In this document: positions 10,835-22,505 of the stretch, piece after piece
How positions within the stretch are numbered: position 1 is the first letter of the stretch
How the letters are laid out: each line of letters begins with the position of its first letter
Source: Diplonema japonicum
Lineage: Eukaryota; Protista; Euglenozoa: Diplonemea
DNA length: 64,000 nucleotides
Reading direction: 5' to 3'
Assembly (NCBI GenBank): GCA_964019335.1
Contig: OZ025746.1
Span: forward strand, 248,001 to 312,000
Notes under the pieces: model-generated
What the model was told of the DNA's origin: nothing
Databases searched by the model: none
What the model saw: the letters and a program-made list of their open reading frames with translations, nothing else
Made by a program: the position numbers and the translations under genes

Positions 10835-13635
10835 CTAACGATTTGAAGGAGAAGATGTGTACGGTGATGAATGGTAGGTAGACGGGCGTCCAGAAAGGGA
10901 GTCGGAGCTTCTGTTTGAATTTTTTTTTTTTTTAATTTTTTGCCATACCCTTCTTCCGTGGAAAGTTTGAATAGCGAGACCCATTGTTGCCCGAGAAGCG
11001 ATTCAGGAAGCTCGTCCTTTGCGGAGCTTGGGGAAGGGTCGGAGACACCCATCGAGGGCGGAGGCACAGCAAGTTTAGATTGCCGGAAGGGTGAGGGCTG
11101 CGTAACAGTAGTTGCCCTAGATATCGTAAGCTCGTTGGGAACAGCCACCCCGCTGGTGTTGCGGGGCATCTCATGTGCAATAAACTGTTTTTGCTCAAAG
11201 AGTTCCTGTATAGTATCAATGGAGAGTTTTTTTGGCTCGTGATACACTGCCTCCTTAGGGAACAAAACTTTTTTTCGTCTCAGAGCCAGCTCCTCCGAAG
11301 CCACGGAATGCCGCATTTTTTCCAGCTCGTTTTTTTCTTTGTCTAGTCTTACTTCGTCCTCTTTCTTTCGTTTTTCCAATCCGGATGCGACCTGGCTTTT
11401 CTCAGCTTGGACCACCTCTGCTACCGCGAGAATTTCCTCCCGAACTTTTTGCAGATCCTTGCTTTTCTGATACGCCATGTTGCCCAGATCTTTGACCCGA
11501 TACATTTCATCTCGAAGTTTTTCTTTTTCGGTCGTGATCACGGTGGCCTCTTGCTGCAGCTCCATCATCTTCACGTGGATTTTGTCGCCCGCTTGCCGGA
11601 CGGAGTCTTCTTTTTTGACGATTTCCATTGAAAGAGATTCAAGGCTCTTCTTTTTATCCTCGATCTTCGCCTCCTGCTCAGTGATGTGTCGGTTGTGCGT
11701 TTCCCGAGATCTTTCGAAATCTCTTCGTTCCTGTTGGAGCAGCCCGCGTTCTTGTTTCAAATCTTCGACAGATGACAGGACTTTTTGGATGGCGGTGGTG
11801 TGGTCAGAATCGAGATCAATACGTTGCTGGAGACAATCTCGCATCCATTTTCTATGTTCCCTCTCGTAGTCTTCCTTTGCTTTTTCAGCGCGGGTTGTGG
11901 ATGCGGTTAAACGGCTCCGCTCGTCTTCTTGCTGGCGTTTAATGTTGTCGATGGTGACCTTGAAGTCTGCAAACAGCCTGGACAGCATAAGCCTTTCGTT
12001 ATCAACTTGTTGGTGCTTCTCCGATACGGCTTTTCTCAGCTCGTTCAGCATTGCTTCACGGTCTGTTAGCGTCTGTTCTTTTTCTTTTTTGACGGCGTTC
12101 ATGGATTTATCCCATTGTGCTTTTAAAGATGATTGCTGTTCGCTGTTGAGCTGCAACAGATTTTCGCACCGGGACAGTTTTTGCATGGTCTCCTGGAACT
12201 GCATTAAGGACCCGACGACTTCCTTGTGGGAGCTTTCTTGCTGTTTGCTCATTTCGATGTATTTCTTTTCCATGTCGATGCGTTGCTGCTCGGCGATTTT
12301 TCTGTTGTGGACTCTTTCCTCCTCCGATTGTTGTTTTAGAAGCCGAAGTTGTTGTTCGTAGCTGTGCGTCATCTGTTCTTGAGTGGCTGAAAACCCAAGA
12401 GTGATCCTTTCGATTGTCTTCTGGTGCTCGTCGTGGATTCTTGAAGCCCATTGTTCCCGTTCTTGAAGCTCTTGTTGAAGAAGATCCGCTTTTTCCTCCC
12501 GATGCCGGCGTTCGCGGTCCGTTCTTTCTTGTTCGTCGCGTTGGCTACGAAGGATCCTTTCTTCGATGTCACGTTTTTCTCGGTCCTGCCGTTCCTCTTG
12601 TGCGCGGAACCGCCATTTTTCCAATTCGTCTTTTTCGATTTTTGCCCTCGCGCGTTCTCTGTCTGACATTTCATCAGACCATTTCTGCTGAGCCTGTCTA
12701 AGTGACGACATCATCACCTCCTCTCTTTCTTTTTGATACCCAACAATACTTTTCGCGGTGTTGTGAAGCATTATTTGAAACTGTACAGAGAGGGGTGCGT
12801 CATGAGGTACATCTTTTCCGACAAGTTCGACTTCAGGTGGTGGGGTATACGGCAGGTGGGAATGATCTGCTTGAGCTTGTAGTAGTTCTGTGACTTTTCG
12901 TTTTTCCGCGGAGAGTTCTTTTTGAGTGGTGTGGAGGGTCTCCTTGACGACCTTGACCTCTGCTTGAACGTCTGTAAGATCCTCGACTTTTCCGGTGAGC
13001 TTTTGGTTGTCTGCTAAGATTCGAACGGTTTCGTTTCTGATATTGTCCAGCTCCCTTTTGGAGTCCTCTCGTTCTCTGTCCGTTCGCAACGACATTTCTG
13101 AGTGCAGTTTCTTCTCCTCCGCAAGTTTGTTGTTCTCCACCTCGAGCTTCCACAGCCGTTCCTCGCATTCCTTGAGCTTTTCGTTTTTAGCCTTGTGCTC
13201 GGCTTTGAGCGATGCGAGTTCTTCGGCAGCCGCTTCACTGTTTTTTTTATGCCGTTCGAGTTCTTCTCGTTGCGCGGTGTTATCCGCACGAATAGGAATT
13301 TGTTGTTGCGAGGGCTGTCTGATAGGCCGCTGCACGCTGGGAGATGGTAGCGGAGAGGACGAAGATGCCACGGGTGTCGGAGCGTTATCCTGTTTTGTCG
13401 TTGTAAGCTGCGGTGCGCGCCGTTTCGGTTGAGATGACCCGAGGAAGTCGAGTGGAGGGTCGTCGTCGTCGTCAGAGTCTTCGTTCAGTTTGCTGCTAAG
13501 CGGCTTTTCCCCAGTTGGTGTCGAGGTCGTCAACATCGGTGCCGGCCCAGCACGCCGCCCCTTCGCCGCCGGCTTCGGCGCTCTCGGACTGCTGTCTCCA
13601 AACCCAAGAAATTTCGCCATTTCATCGTCATCCAT
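10835..13635 (-). CDS. Long coiled-coil protein, FBF1 (transition fibre)-like; exons 13635-10949 and 10910-10835
   Basis: Start MDDDEMAKFLG follows an A-run; extended E/K/R/Q coiled coil. Removing the 38-nt intron gives ...TEEGSSDSLSGRPSTYHSSPYTSSPSNR* instead of a poly-K/F junk tail. FBF1 identity is tentative. Confidence 0.8.
10911..10948 (-). other. 38-nt poly(A) intron
   Basis: GTATGGCAAAAAATTAAAA...TTCAAACAG, phase 2. Confidence 0.8.
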
Positions 13636-13696
13636 TTTTTTTTTTTTTTTTTTTTTCCCCACTGTAATTTTTTTTTTTTTTTTTTTCCTTCCTGGC

Positions 13697-13724
<28 letters not shown>

Positions 13725-13727
<3 letters not shown>

Positions 13728-14423
13728 CCGGGTACAAAGTAAGACCTGTTCTACAACGCCTTCGGGCGTCGGTTCGGTGGACACACCGTGTATTTTGAAC
13801 CCCTCGTTTTCTCCGGATTGCGCCGTTGTGTTTCCCACTGTGACGATCGCGGTGTTCGGAGACAGGTTTCTGAGAAGCGTTGGATGGGTGAACGCGTGTT
13901 TAGAGTAGCAAACCACACACCCGGCAGAGGGTATCGTGGCTGCAGGTGTGGGGACCGTGGTGTACGTAAGCAGAACGTCGAGACGCACGGGGGAGGGCGA
14001 GAGCAGGTTTGTTAAATCAGGCCGGCGGTCGTTGGAGGTGGCCCACAACAAGGGTCCCTTCTCGCTGGGGGTTGAAAGGATAGTTTTACCGAGGGATAGT
14101 GCAGTGCCTGACTCCTCACCTAGGATCTCAATGGAACGCTCGTCATCTTTGTGATGGCGTAGAAGAGCCTCTTTCGTCTGTTTCCCCACAACCCAGTATC
14201 TGCGTGCCTTGACTGTGCCAAGACTTTCCACCGCCCGCTTGCTGGTTATCACTACTGCACTGTATTCGTCTAGAGTCGTGTCCTCCCAAGCGCCTTCCGT
14301 TCTTTTCGTCACCAGAACCGGTACATACAGCACTTCGCCCAGGTACCCCTTTTCCCTCAAAAGGTTTTCCTCCTGTCTGCTTTCGCCGTCCTTTAAAAAT
14401 ACAACACGGGGCGGAGCGGCCAT
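13725..14423 (-). CDS. UROS: Uroporphyrinogen-III synthase (HemD/UROS)
   Basis: Motifs VVITSKRAVESL, WVVGKQTKEAL, LGEESGTALSL, LTYTT, VTVGNTTA and STEPTPEGV are typical of HemD. Confidence 0.85.
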
Positions 14424-14561
14424 TGTCCCTCGGGATTGTCGGAGGGGGAAGGGCTTATTATTATTATTATTTTTTTTTTTTTTTTGGAAAAAAAAGAATT
14501 AAAAAAAAAATAAAAAAAAAGACAAGACAACGGGCGGTGGCAAGGAGAGAGAGAGAAAAAA

Positions 14562-14738
14562 AAATTCAAATTAACATGCAAACTCCCTGAGACGAAAGCC
14601 GCATGCCCTAAAAAGGGGAAGGGGGTATGGTCAGGTATCTCTCAGCTTCGGTCATATCTCGCGACTCCTCCAGGTGCTGTCCTCTTCAGGCGGAGAGGCA
14701 CCCTTCAAATGGCTCCTACTAGCGTCCCAGCAGGTTGG
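14562..14738. repeat. Dispersed ~175-bp repeat, second copy at ~24470-24630
   Basis: Shared blocks AAATTCAAATTAACA, CTAAAAAGGGGAAGG, CATATCTCGCGAC, CTCCAGGTGCTG, GAGAGGCACCCTTCAA and GCGTCCCAGCAGGTTGG. Confidence 0.8.
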
Positions 14739-14921
14739 CAAAAAAAAAGAAAAAAAAAATCTAACTTTCAAAAAATACCGTTTTCTTTTCTTTTTTTTAA
14801 AAGTGAGAAATGGAAAAAAAAAAAGAAAAAGAAGAAAAAAAAAGGGAAAAAAAAAAGAGACATTTTAAAAAAAAAGAAAAAAGTGTGTTTGTTGTGGCTA
14901 AATGTACCACTCCCCCTCTCG

Positions 14922-14953
<32 letters not shown>

Positions 14954-15046
14954 CCCCTCAAAATTCATACTAGGAAAAGCAGGTAGGTCAGTAATATAAA
15001 TAAAAAAAATCAAAAAAAAAAAACTAAAAAAAAAAATCTTTTTTTT

Positions 15047-15961
15047 TCAATCAGAATCATCAGACGAAGAGGAACTGGATGATGAAAACGAACCCCCTCC
15101 AGATGCGAAAAGCGAATTATCAAAATGCACCTCGTGTCTCTGGAAAGGGTGCACCAGCCTCATCATGGGATGATCGTGCGCTTTCACGACAGACGGAATC
15201 TGCTGACAGGCCTCACACCGATCGTAGTCATAACACCAGGCACACCTGTAACGAATGGACCCGTGCGCAGGTCTTTCATTGCAGCCATCGCAAATACAAT
15301 TGTGGTAGCCTTGCGCCACGTGTTCCCGGGGTACCGGGAATTTAAAAGCAAGTCTCGATGTTTTAGAACATGCTGGCGTACAGTCACCGCAAAGCCGGGA
15401 TACTGAAACGGGCAGCGTTTTCGAAACGTGGACGAAACAGGTTTCCAAAACTGTTTTTTTGCACGAATCGCATGAGATTTTTTCACGAGGGAGATCGTCG
15501 GAGTGGATTGAAAAATGCGCGCTCCATTTTAATTTTCGATGCCACCATTTTGCCTTTGTCCTCACCACGAAAATGTGGTTGCTAGGATGCCACAACTCGG
15601 ACTGTGCCTCGCAGGCATCACAAATAATTACTTCTCCGGCATCGCCTTTGCATTGCATACAGCTGTACACAATACCATCAAGGGGGGACCCGTTACATAT
15701 TGTGCATATGACGCTGTGAGGTCCAGCGGCGTCGAGTTTCAAGAGCCCCTGCCGCATCGTTTCCTCCGATTTGTTCAGCAAGAACGCCTTCCCTCTTCCA
15801 CCCCTTTTCTCCGCCATCTCGGTCCAAAGGTAGCACCACTCGATTTCTTTCAGCATTGACTTGCTCACCGCCCGGATTTCCGCCGCCTGGTCAACCGTAC
15901 AAAACATCAGAATATATGTCAAAACATCACCGGTTAAACGGTCAATAGAACAATCCGGCAT
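15047..15961 (-). CDS. F-box-like protein with ZZ-type zinc fingers
   Basis: N-terminal IDRLTGDVLTYILMF..VSK (F-box-like) and ZZ repeats such as CDGCN..IRYRCAWCYDYDRCEAC..HDHPM. Confidence 0.82.
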   Translation of the reverse strand: MPDCSIDRLTGDVLTYILMFCTVDQAAEIRAVSKSMLKEIEWCYLWTEMAEKRGGRGKAFLLNKSEETMRQGLLKLDAAGPHSVICTICNGSPLDGIVYSCMQCKGDAGEVIICDACEAQSELWHPSNHIFVVRTKAKWWHRKLKWSAHFSIHSDDLPREKISCDSCKKTVLETCFVHVSKTLPVSVSRLCGDCTPACSKTSRLAFKFPVPREHVAQGYHNCICDGCNERPAHGSIRYRCAWCYDYDRCEACQQIPSVVKAHDHPMMRLVHPFQRHEVHFDNSLFASGGGSFSSSSSSSSDDSD

Positions 15962-17097
15962 TTTTTTTTTTTTTTTTTTTTGTGTGTACTCGCTTTTTTT
16001 TTTTTTTTTTTTTTTTTTTTCTTGGAAAAAAAAAAATGAGGGTAGGACAAATTTTGAGGGGGGGAAGAGGAAAAATGTGGTGAAAAAACTTGTTGGGGAG
16101 GGGGGGGAGGGGGGGTTTTTTTTGTTACTTCTCCGCCTTTTTTCTTTCTTTCTTTTTTTTTTTCTTTTCTTTTTTTCTCCGTCCTTCCTTGCTCAGCAAG
16201 GGAAGAGAAATAGAAGGGAAAAAAAAAAACACACACACACACACACATAAAAAAAGGAATACAAGTTTTATAAATCAATATATATATTTTTTTTTTTTTA
16301 CCATTTTGAATGAAAAAATAGGCTTGTAGTGTGAGATGCGTGGGAAACGGAAGAAGAGAAAAGAAAAAAAAAAAGGCAGGGCAGGGGAATATAAATATAT
16401 TGGGAAGAGGGAAAAGAAAAAGAAGAAAAAGCCTCCTTTTACAGAAGTATGGAAGAAGGATTTTTTTTAGAAGAGAAAACAAAACACAAATACTCAAAAA
16501 AAAAAGCCAATTTTTCAGGCTATGGCTATCGCCAACGCAGCAGAAAGGAAACATACACACAGATCTCCCTTGCACTTAATTTTTTTTCTATGTAGAGTGG
16601 GTGTCTTCTGCTGCCAGTTGAGGATTTCAGTAGTTTTTTTTTTCTTTTTTTTTTTCTAGATTCTTTTTGAGGGTGACCTACTTACCTATGACCCCTTAAA
16701 CTCTTTTTTTTTTATTTTTTTTTTTGAATTCTTAAAAAGTTTTTTTTTTTCCTCCCTTCATTTTGTTGGTGAATTTGGAGAATAAAAAAAGAAAAGAGAG
16801 AGAGGGTGGGTGGGAACAACTAACAGCAAAGGGAAAAACCTAAACTGAAACATCTTTTTACTTTTGTGTTGTGTGTGTGTGAGGGGGGGGAACCGGAAGA
16901 AATATAAAAAAAGACAGGGGAAAAAAAAAAAAAAAATACTATAGTAATACTGAGCTACGACTCCCCCTTTCCCCCATTCCCCCCCCCAAAAAAAAACCTC
17001 ACCTATGAGAATCCTTTTTTTCTTCTCCTTTTTTTTATTCACAAAAAAAAAAAATACTAAATCAAGCAGCGAAATAAAAAAAAAAAAATTTTTTTTT

Positions 17098-20000
17098 TCA
17101 CCTCAAAGAGTTTGGAAGCTTCATATCCGCACCCCCGTTGTGAGGCTTCGCGGAAGGAGGTGAGCGGAGAGCCTGCGCAGGAGGAGGCGGCGGAGGCAAC
17201 GGTAACGTCCAAGAATTGGTCGTCATTACATGGTTGCCATTACTATACTCCTTAGGTGGTCGTCTCGATGCCCCTGCCGAGTTAGGCAACCGTGGGGGTA
17301 GTGTAGGCAAACCTCCGTTCGAACCCCGAGAAACCGCGGAAGGGGGCAACGGAGGCCCCCTCTGCCACAATCCATGGTACCTACTTCCTTGATCATGGTT
17401 TCGCGGCAGCCGTTGTTGGTGCCTCGCTGCAGAATTCGACCGGTCATCACTGTTACTTCTCCCGATAGGCCCATGCTGCACCACCGCAGGTGGAGGTGGT
17501 GTCGGTGGCGTCGGTGAAGAAAACTCTTTAACATCATCACTGACCCGTGTTAAAGCCTCCCGCAATTTTTGAAGCTCGTTTTTCAAATCGGTGTTTTCGT
17601 TTTGCAAGGACACGACAAGCCCTGGTTCAGTGGATACAGAAGGCGACGCGCTGTCGCCGCTGGGTGAAAACGCTTCCTCATGTTGGTTTAAATCGGAACC
17701 GTCAACAGACGAGAGCAAATCGTGTTCCTCGTCAATTGTAAACTTTGCTCGAAGCCCGTCGAAAATAGGCCCGCCGGCAGATTCCTCCATACATTCTATC
17801 TCTGAGTGGTAGGTCTCGTAGCGATACGCAACTCGAATATTGCTCAGATGAGTTTTTTTTGAATCGTTTCCCTTCGACGAGGTAAGGATCCAATTATCTC
17901 CAACAAGCCGGGTCTTCACATCCATGTCAAACCCTGACTGCATGACACTATTACGCGCGATTTCGCACATATCATTGGCGTTGAGCTTCCAGACTTTGCT
18001 TGCGATGGAGTACTCCTCGATTAACGGTTCCTGAGTGTGATGGAACTGCAACGGATCGTCGGTGGACAGCGAGACGTACAAACCTCTTCGAAAAAACATT
18101 GGAAACGGGTTTTGAAGATAGTCAAGAAACAACGAATTGTTGCTCAGCGGCGACACTGCAATACCTATTTGGCTGATATAGTACATGTATTCCAATACAG
18201 GGTCTAACCGAAGGTTCACACCGTGGTTGATGTGGTCTGCCGTCAGGTAGCAAAACATCAAATGGTCGGCCAAACCAGACTCCCCGCAGTGCGGTCTGAA
18301 GGAAAACGTGGACAATCCCTTTGAACGCCTGAACACATTTATTGATTTGATGTTCGCCCACATAAAATACATCCAATATCCATAAGGTGGGTTTTCCGGC
18401 GATGTCCACTCCGACGGTGGTACCAATGGAAACGCGATATCCGGTGTTGATTCGTTATCAACAGAGTCGAATCCAGACATGTGCTTCAAGAAATGATGGA
18501 GTTTGGGATCGGAGGCCGGGTCGAGGCTCACCTTCCACAGCGGTTCGAATATGTTTGAGAGCAACCCTTGAAACGAATTAATCGCACCGATCTTTCTGAA
18601 TATCGGGTAGATTCTCGGAACCTGTATCATCCACTTGTTGTGAACACTCGCCATCCCATGTGTATCAAACCATGCTGCCAGTTTCGTCCACTCGTTCCCA
18701 GCCCGTCCGTATATTGAAAGCCTCATCTCCGCGTAGGTATATTGATCATGCGTGTATTGAGCAAATGTGGATTTTGCAAGCTCGGCGAAGTACCGCCCGT
18801 TCATGTAATTGTCCGTTTTTAAGAACAGGTTTCGAAGGTCCGGGTTCCCCATCGGGTTGTACTTGTCGTTGAAATTGTCGAACCGCTCGAACAATGTTGC
18901 GTCGGCCTGGACGTTCAAAGTGTCGACAGACAGATTTGAAGGTGAAATATTCAGCTTTTTCAAAAGCTGTCGTAATGTGATCGGCGATGCTGTTGTCTTG
19001 TCCACCTGGACAATATCGTCAAGACAGTTCTGAGCCTTGTCGATGATGAATTCTAAGAGTTGCCGCGCGGTCATGCCGGCTGCAGCATGGATATGCGTAT
19101 CGACCTTAGATGCTTGGTAAAAATCTCTGGATTGTCCCCCGTCTTCAGCAGCGTTCTCTAGTTTCATGTTCAGAGCCATATGCAATGTGAACTTGTGCTC
19201 GAGGACCTGGAGCCTCCGGTGGCACATAGTTTTCACGTGGATATTCTCCACGATATCGTGGATCGTGTTGAAATCTTTGAAGAATGTTTCGAGGTCCATC
19301 AGACCCACTGGGTTGAAAACATCGTCGTTTTGAGACTTTCTTTTGTATCGAAACACCCCGCCTTTCGGTATGCACTCCCAACTTGTGTCGGCGGCGAACT
19401 CGTTCGACTCCTCACGGATGGGATTGCCGTTCCGTGTTCTTCTCCATTCTACGACTTCCTGTTTTTGGGTGTCGATGTACTTCAATCGAAGCCGGACGCA
19501 CAGCGCGATTTGTTTTGCGGCTTCGGCAGCCGCGGTGATCGTTGCTGCATCGAAATTCGACGATCCGGGTGAAATTATATCAACACGCGGGAATGCGATA
19601 CGTTCTTCAGCGATGTTTCCGGGCCGTCCGGACGAAGAAACCGATGAGATGCGTCTGAAGCTGGTTCCCCGTGAGGGTTTTATACTGGTACCTTGCGGAG
19701 ACGAGGCGTGGATGGTGTCGAGAAGGAGTTTTCTTTCATGGCTGAGCGTGTCCTCGCGGAACACGAGGCGGATCGTCGGGACGAAGCTCTTCGTTTGGTC
19801 GTTCGCACTGGACCCTTCGGAGTATCTCGCCCCGAGCCATTCCCTTTTCTGCTCCTCCGGAAACCCACTATTCCTTACACTGTTCCTCGCAATCTCCGTC
19901 ATATCAACAGGACCCAACCTGTACAGTTTCGATGCTGTCCCGTATTCCTCCAAACAAGGGTGTCTGGAATGGTGGTAATGCAATGGATCATCCGTTCCCA

Positions 20001-21606
20001 GTGAAACTCGCATCCCGCGTTTTTGAAATCGAAGAAACGGGTTTTCATGATATATAGGATTTCCCAATCCGTTCGAGGCCAACGGGGACAGAACAATACC
20101 CACCTGCGACATGTAAAACAGATATTGCAACACGGTCGATCGTTCCATTGTGATACCGTGGTTGATGGAGTCGGCGAGGAGGTAACCCATTACAAGTTGA
20201 TCAAGCTTGCCTTGTTCCCCGCAGTTTGGCCGGAATGTGAAGGTGTTCAATCCGTTTCGCCGGCGTAAGTGGTTTAACGCGGTGATGTTGGCGAACACGT
20301 AGAAGTTGAAGTACAAATCTGGCGGGTTTTCGGACCACGGCCATTGGTCCGGCGGGCGGTTTCTAGGAAGCTCCTGCCCTCGAACCTGTTCATCTGATAT
20401 TACATTAAACGCACCAACCTCCAACAAAAATTTCGCGAGATTCGAGTACTTCGGGTCGTCAGAGTTCAACGACGCCTCCCACAACGGGAGGAATATATTG
20501 TCAAGCTGTTCCTGTGTCGTCGCCACCGTGTACGTAAATCGAAGCGCTGCGATTCGCGGAATTTGTATAATCCACCTGTTTACTTTGTGCCCGGAAACAC
20601 CTGTTTCGCAAACCCATTTAGCAAGGGATTGCCATTCACCAGCAGATGTTCCAAATATAGGAAGTTTGTATTCTGTTGCAATTCGTTTCTCATTGAACTC
20701 GAGGTCGTTGAGGTCGAGAATGGGTTTAACGAGGTTGTGGTAGAACGGCATCTCCCGTTTGAGAAAAAGCTTGAGAACCTCAGCGGAACGCTCGCCGCCT
20801 CGGTTTGTGTCCTTTGAAAAGATGTCGAACCGGTGGAACCGCTTTTGAACAGGCGGGTGCAGCCCGACGCCTTCAATTGTAAATTCTCTCGGCTCGTGAA
20901 TGTCATACTTATCGAAAACATCTTTCAGAGTTGTTTTTTGCGCACCTTTGACGGAGACAACGGTGTTGGGAGATGTTTCGTATGTTTTTACGATATAATC
21001 GAGCAGGTCCTGCGCGTGCATCGCTGTGGAGAGTCGAACGGAATTGTCGACTTTCGTGCAGCTTGAAAACACACCGCCGCCTTTCCGCATAGGGCAAACA
21101 TTTTCTTCGACTTCTGAGTTTAGTGCAATGTAGATCGCGTATTTTTCGTCAAGAATTTTCAATCTGTTTCTGCAGGTGCTTCTTGTTGGTCCGTTTTCGA
21201 CTGTGTCGAAAATGGTGGAGACGTCCTTCACGTATTGATCGTAATCTACTGTGGGGATGCATCCTTCGAAGGTTACTACACCGTCCTTCATGAAGAATTT
21301 GGTGTTTGAAGGAATTTTCCCGAGGGTTTTCTCGCTCCCTACTCCGTTCACAACGGTTTGGTACCTTTCTCTAATCTCGAGGGCCTCCATGATCCGTTTT
21401 GCAGCGACTTCGAGTTCTTTTCTTGACAAGCCTGTTCCGTCTTGGGAGATCTCTGTTTTATGATATAATACTTTCTTCCGGCTTTCGTCATAGTGTGACA
21501 GCTCGCTTGGTGTTCGCTGAGCTATTATATCATGGTTTGCCCTTGGGGATCGCGATTTTTCCTTTGCGGACACCGGGCTATTTGGTAACAACCATCCTGT
21601 TGACAT
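17098..21606 (-). CDS. AMPD: AMP deaminase with two tandem AMPD domains
   Basis: Second domain has KVDTHIHAAAGM, RPHCGESG, SPLSNNSLF and SLSTDDPLQFH. The first domain is degenerate (KVDNSVRL, RPNCGEQG, SLGTDDPLHYH). Confidence 0.93.
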   Translation of the reverse strand: MSTGWLLPNSPVSAKEKSRSPRANHDIIAQRTPSELSHYDESRKKVLYHKTEISQDGTGLSRKELEVAAKRIMEALEIRERYQTVVNGVGSEKTLGKIPSNTKFFMKDGVVTFEGCIPTVDYDQYVKDVSTIFDTVENGPTRSTCRNRLKILDEKYAIYIALNSEVEENVCPMRKGGGVFSSCTKVDNSVRLSTAMHAQDLLDYIVKTYETSPNTVVSVKGAQKTTLKDVFDKYDIHEPREFTIEGVGLHPPVQKRFHRFDIFSKDTNRGGERSAEVLKLFLKREMPFYHNLVKPILDLNDLEFNEKRIATEYKLPIFGTSAGEWQSLAKWVCETGVSGHKVNRWIIQIPRIAALRFTYTVATTQEQLDNIFLPLWEASLNSDDPKYSNLAKFLLEVGAFNVISDEQVRGQELPRNRPPDQWPWSENPPDLYFNFYVFANITALNHLRRRNGLNTFTFRPNCGEQGKLDQLVMGYLLADSINHGITMERSTVLQYLFYMSQVGIVLSPLASNGLGNPIYHENPFLRFQKRGMRVSLGTDDPLHYHHSRHPCLEEYGTASKLYRLGPVDMTEIARNSVRNSGFPEEQKREWLGARYSEGSSANDQTKSFVPTIRLVFREDTLSHERKLLLDTIHASSPQGTSIKPSRGTSFRRISSVSSSGRPGNIAEERIAFPRVDIISPGSSNFDAATITAAAEAAKQIALCVRLRLKYIDTQKQEVVEWRRTRNGNPIREESNEFAADTSWECIPKGGVFRYKRKSQNDDVFNPVGLMDLETFFKDFNTIHDIVENIHVKTMCHRRLQVLEHKFTLHMALNMKLENAAEDGGQSRDFYQASKVDTHIHAAAGMTARQLLEFIIDKAQNCLDDIVQVDKTTASPITLRQLLKKLNISPSNLSVDTLNVQADATLFERFDNFNDKYNPMGNPDLRNLFLKTDNYMNGRYFAELAKSTFAQYTHDQYTYAEMRLSIYGRAGNEWTKLAAWFDTHGMASVHNKWMIQVPRIYPIFRKIGAINSFQGLLSNIFEPLWKVSLDPASDPKLHHFLKHMSGFDSVDNESTPDIAFPLVPPSEWTSPENPPYGYWMYFMWANIKSINVFRRSKGLSTFSFRPHCGESGLADHLMFCYLTADHINHGVNLRLDPVLEYMYYISQIGIAVSPLSNNSLFLDYLQNPFPMFFRRGLYVSLSTDDPLQFHHTQEPLIEEYSIASKVWKLNANDMCEIARNSVMQSGFDMDVKTRLVGDNWILTSSKGNDSKKTHLSNIRVAYRYETYHSEIECMEESAGGPIFDGLRAKFTIDEEHDLLSSVDGSDLNQHEEAFSPSGDSASPSVSTEPGLVVSLQNENTDLKNELQKLREALTRVSDDVKEFSSPTPPTPPPPAVVQHGPIGRSNSDDRSNSAARHQQRLPRNHDQGSRYHGLWQRGPPLPPSAVSRGSNGGLPTLPPRLPNSAGASRRPPKEYSNGNHVMTTNSWTLPLPPPPPPAQALRSPPSAKPHNGGADMKLPNSLR

Positions 21607-22505
21607 TTTTTTTTTTTAAATTTTTTTTTAAATCTCCCACCCCCTCCTCCCCTCCACACCCTCCTTTGAAAGATCTTGATTATGTGGGTAATTAAAAAAA
21701 GATTTTTTTTTTTTTTTTTTGATGACACAGTTTCATTTTTGGGAGACGATTGGGGGGGGGCTGTACTTCAACAACCCTTTGCATTGGTATACCAGGCACG
21801 GTTATATAAGGGCTGAATAAAAAAAAAATTGAAGAAGCGTGTATTTACGAAATCAGCTGATGTGGCAGCGAGCAACCTACTAGTCGGGGAAGGATATTGC
21901 TTTTTTTTTTTGACCCCCTCCCCGCTGATCGCACGAATAGACAGACCAGTTCATTGGTAAATAGAGAAGAAGAAGTTGAAGCGAAACAAATTTTGAAGGA
22001 AAAAAAAAAAGAAAGATGGAAACAAAAAAAAATCTCAACTGACGAGAAAAAAAAAACTTTTCCGGAAGATAAGAAAAAAAAAAAAAAAGGATAGGTACGG
22101 GAAAAAGAAAACCACATCAAACATACGAAACACACCACTCTTTGAAGAAAATCCACAAAAAAAAAAAAGAAGAAGATGAAGATGAAGGGATGACAATGTT
22201 ATTTTGCAATCTTTTTTTTTTTTTTTTTTTTCGTTCGCCTCTTTTTGAAGCTCAAGCAGATGGGGAGAGGTATCAAAAAGCCGAGCTCCCCCCAACAGCC
22301 CGAAAATGCTTTCTTCGACCTGATATAAAAACGCAGGGTCTTTCAGAACCATTCGTTGTTCTTTTTATAATTTCCTTAAACTGTTCAACACAGAAGGGGG
22401 AGGGAGAAGGAGAAAAGAAAAAAAAAAGAAGGAAAAAAAGATTCTCTCTCTCTCTCTTTCTCTCCCCTCCTGTTCGTCATTCTCCCCTTTTTTTTTTCCT
22501 CACTT

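Noticed and set aside
14660-14700. Hammerhead ribozyme (CTGAAGA on the minus strand)
   Set aside because: No correctly placed GAAA/UH core or closing stems were found.
14674-17042. Poly-Lys and poly-Phe ORFs here and in other spacers
   Set aside because: They arise from A/T homopolymer tracts and have no coding signature.
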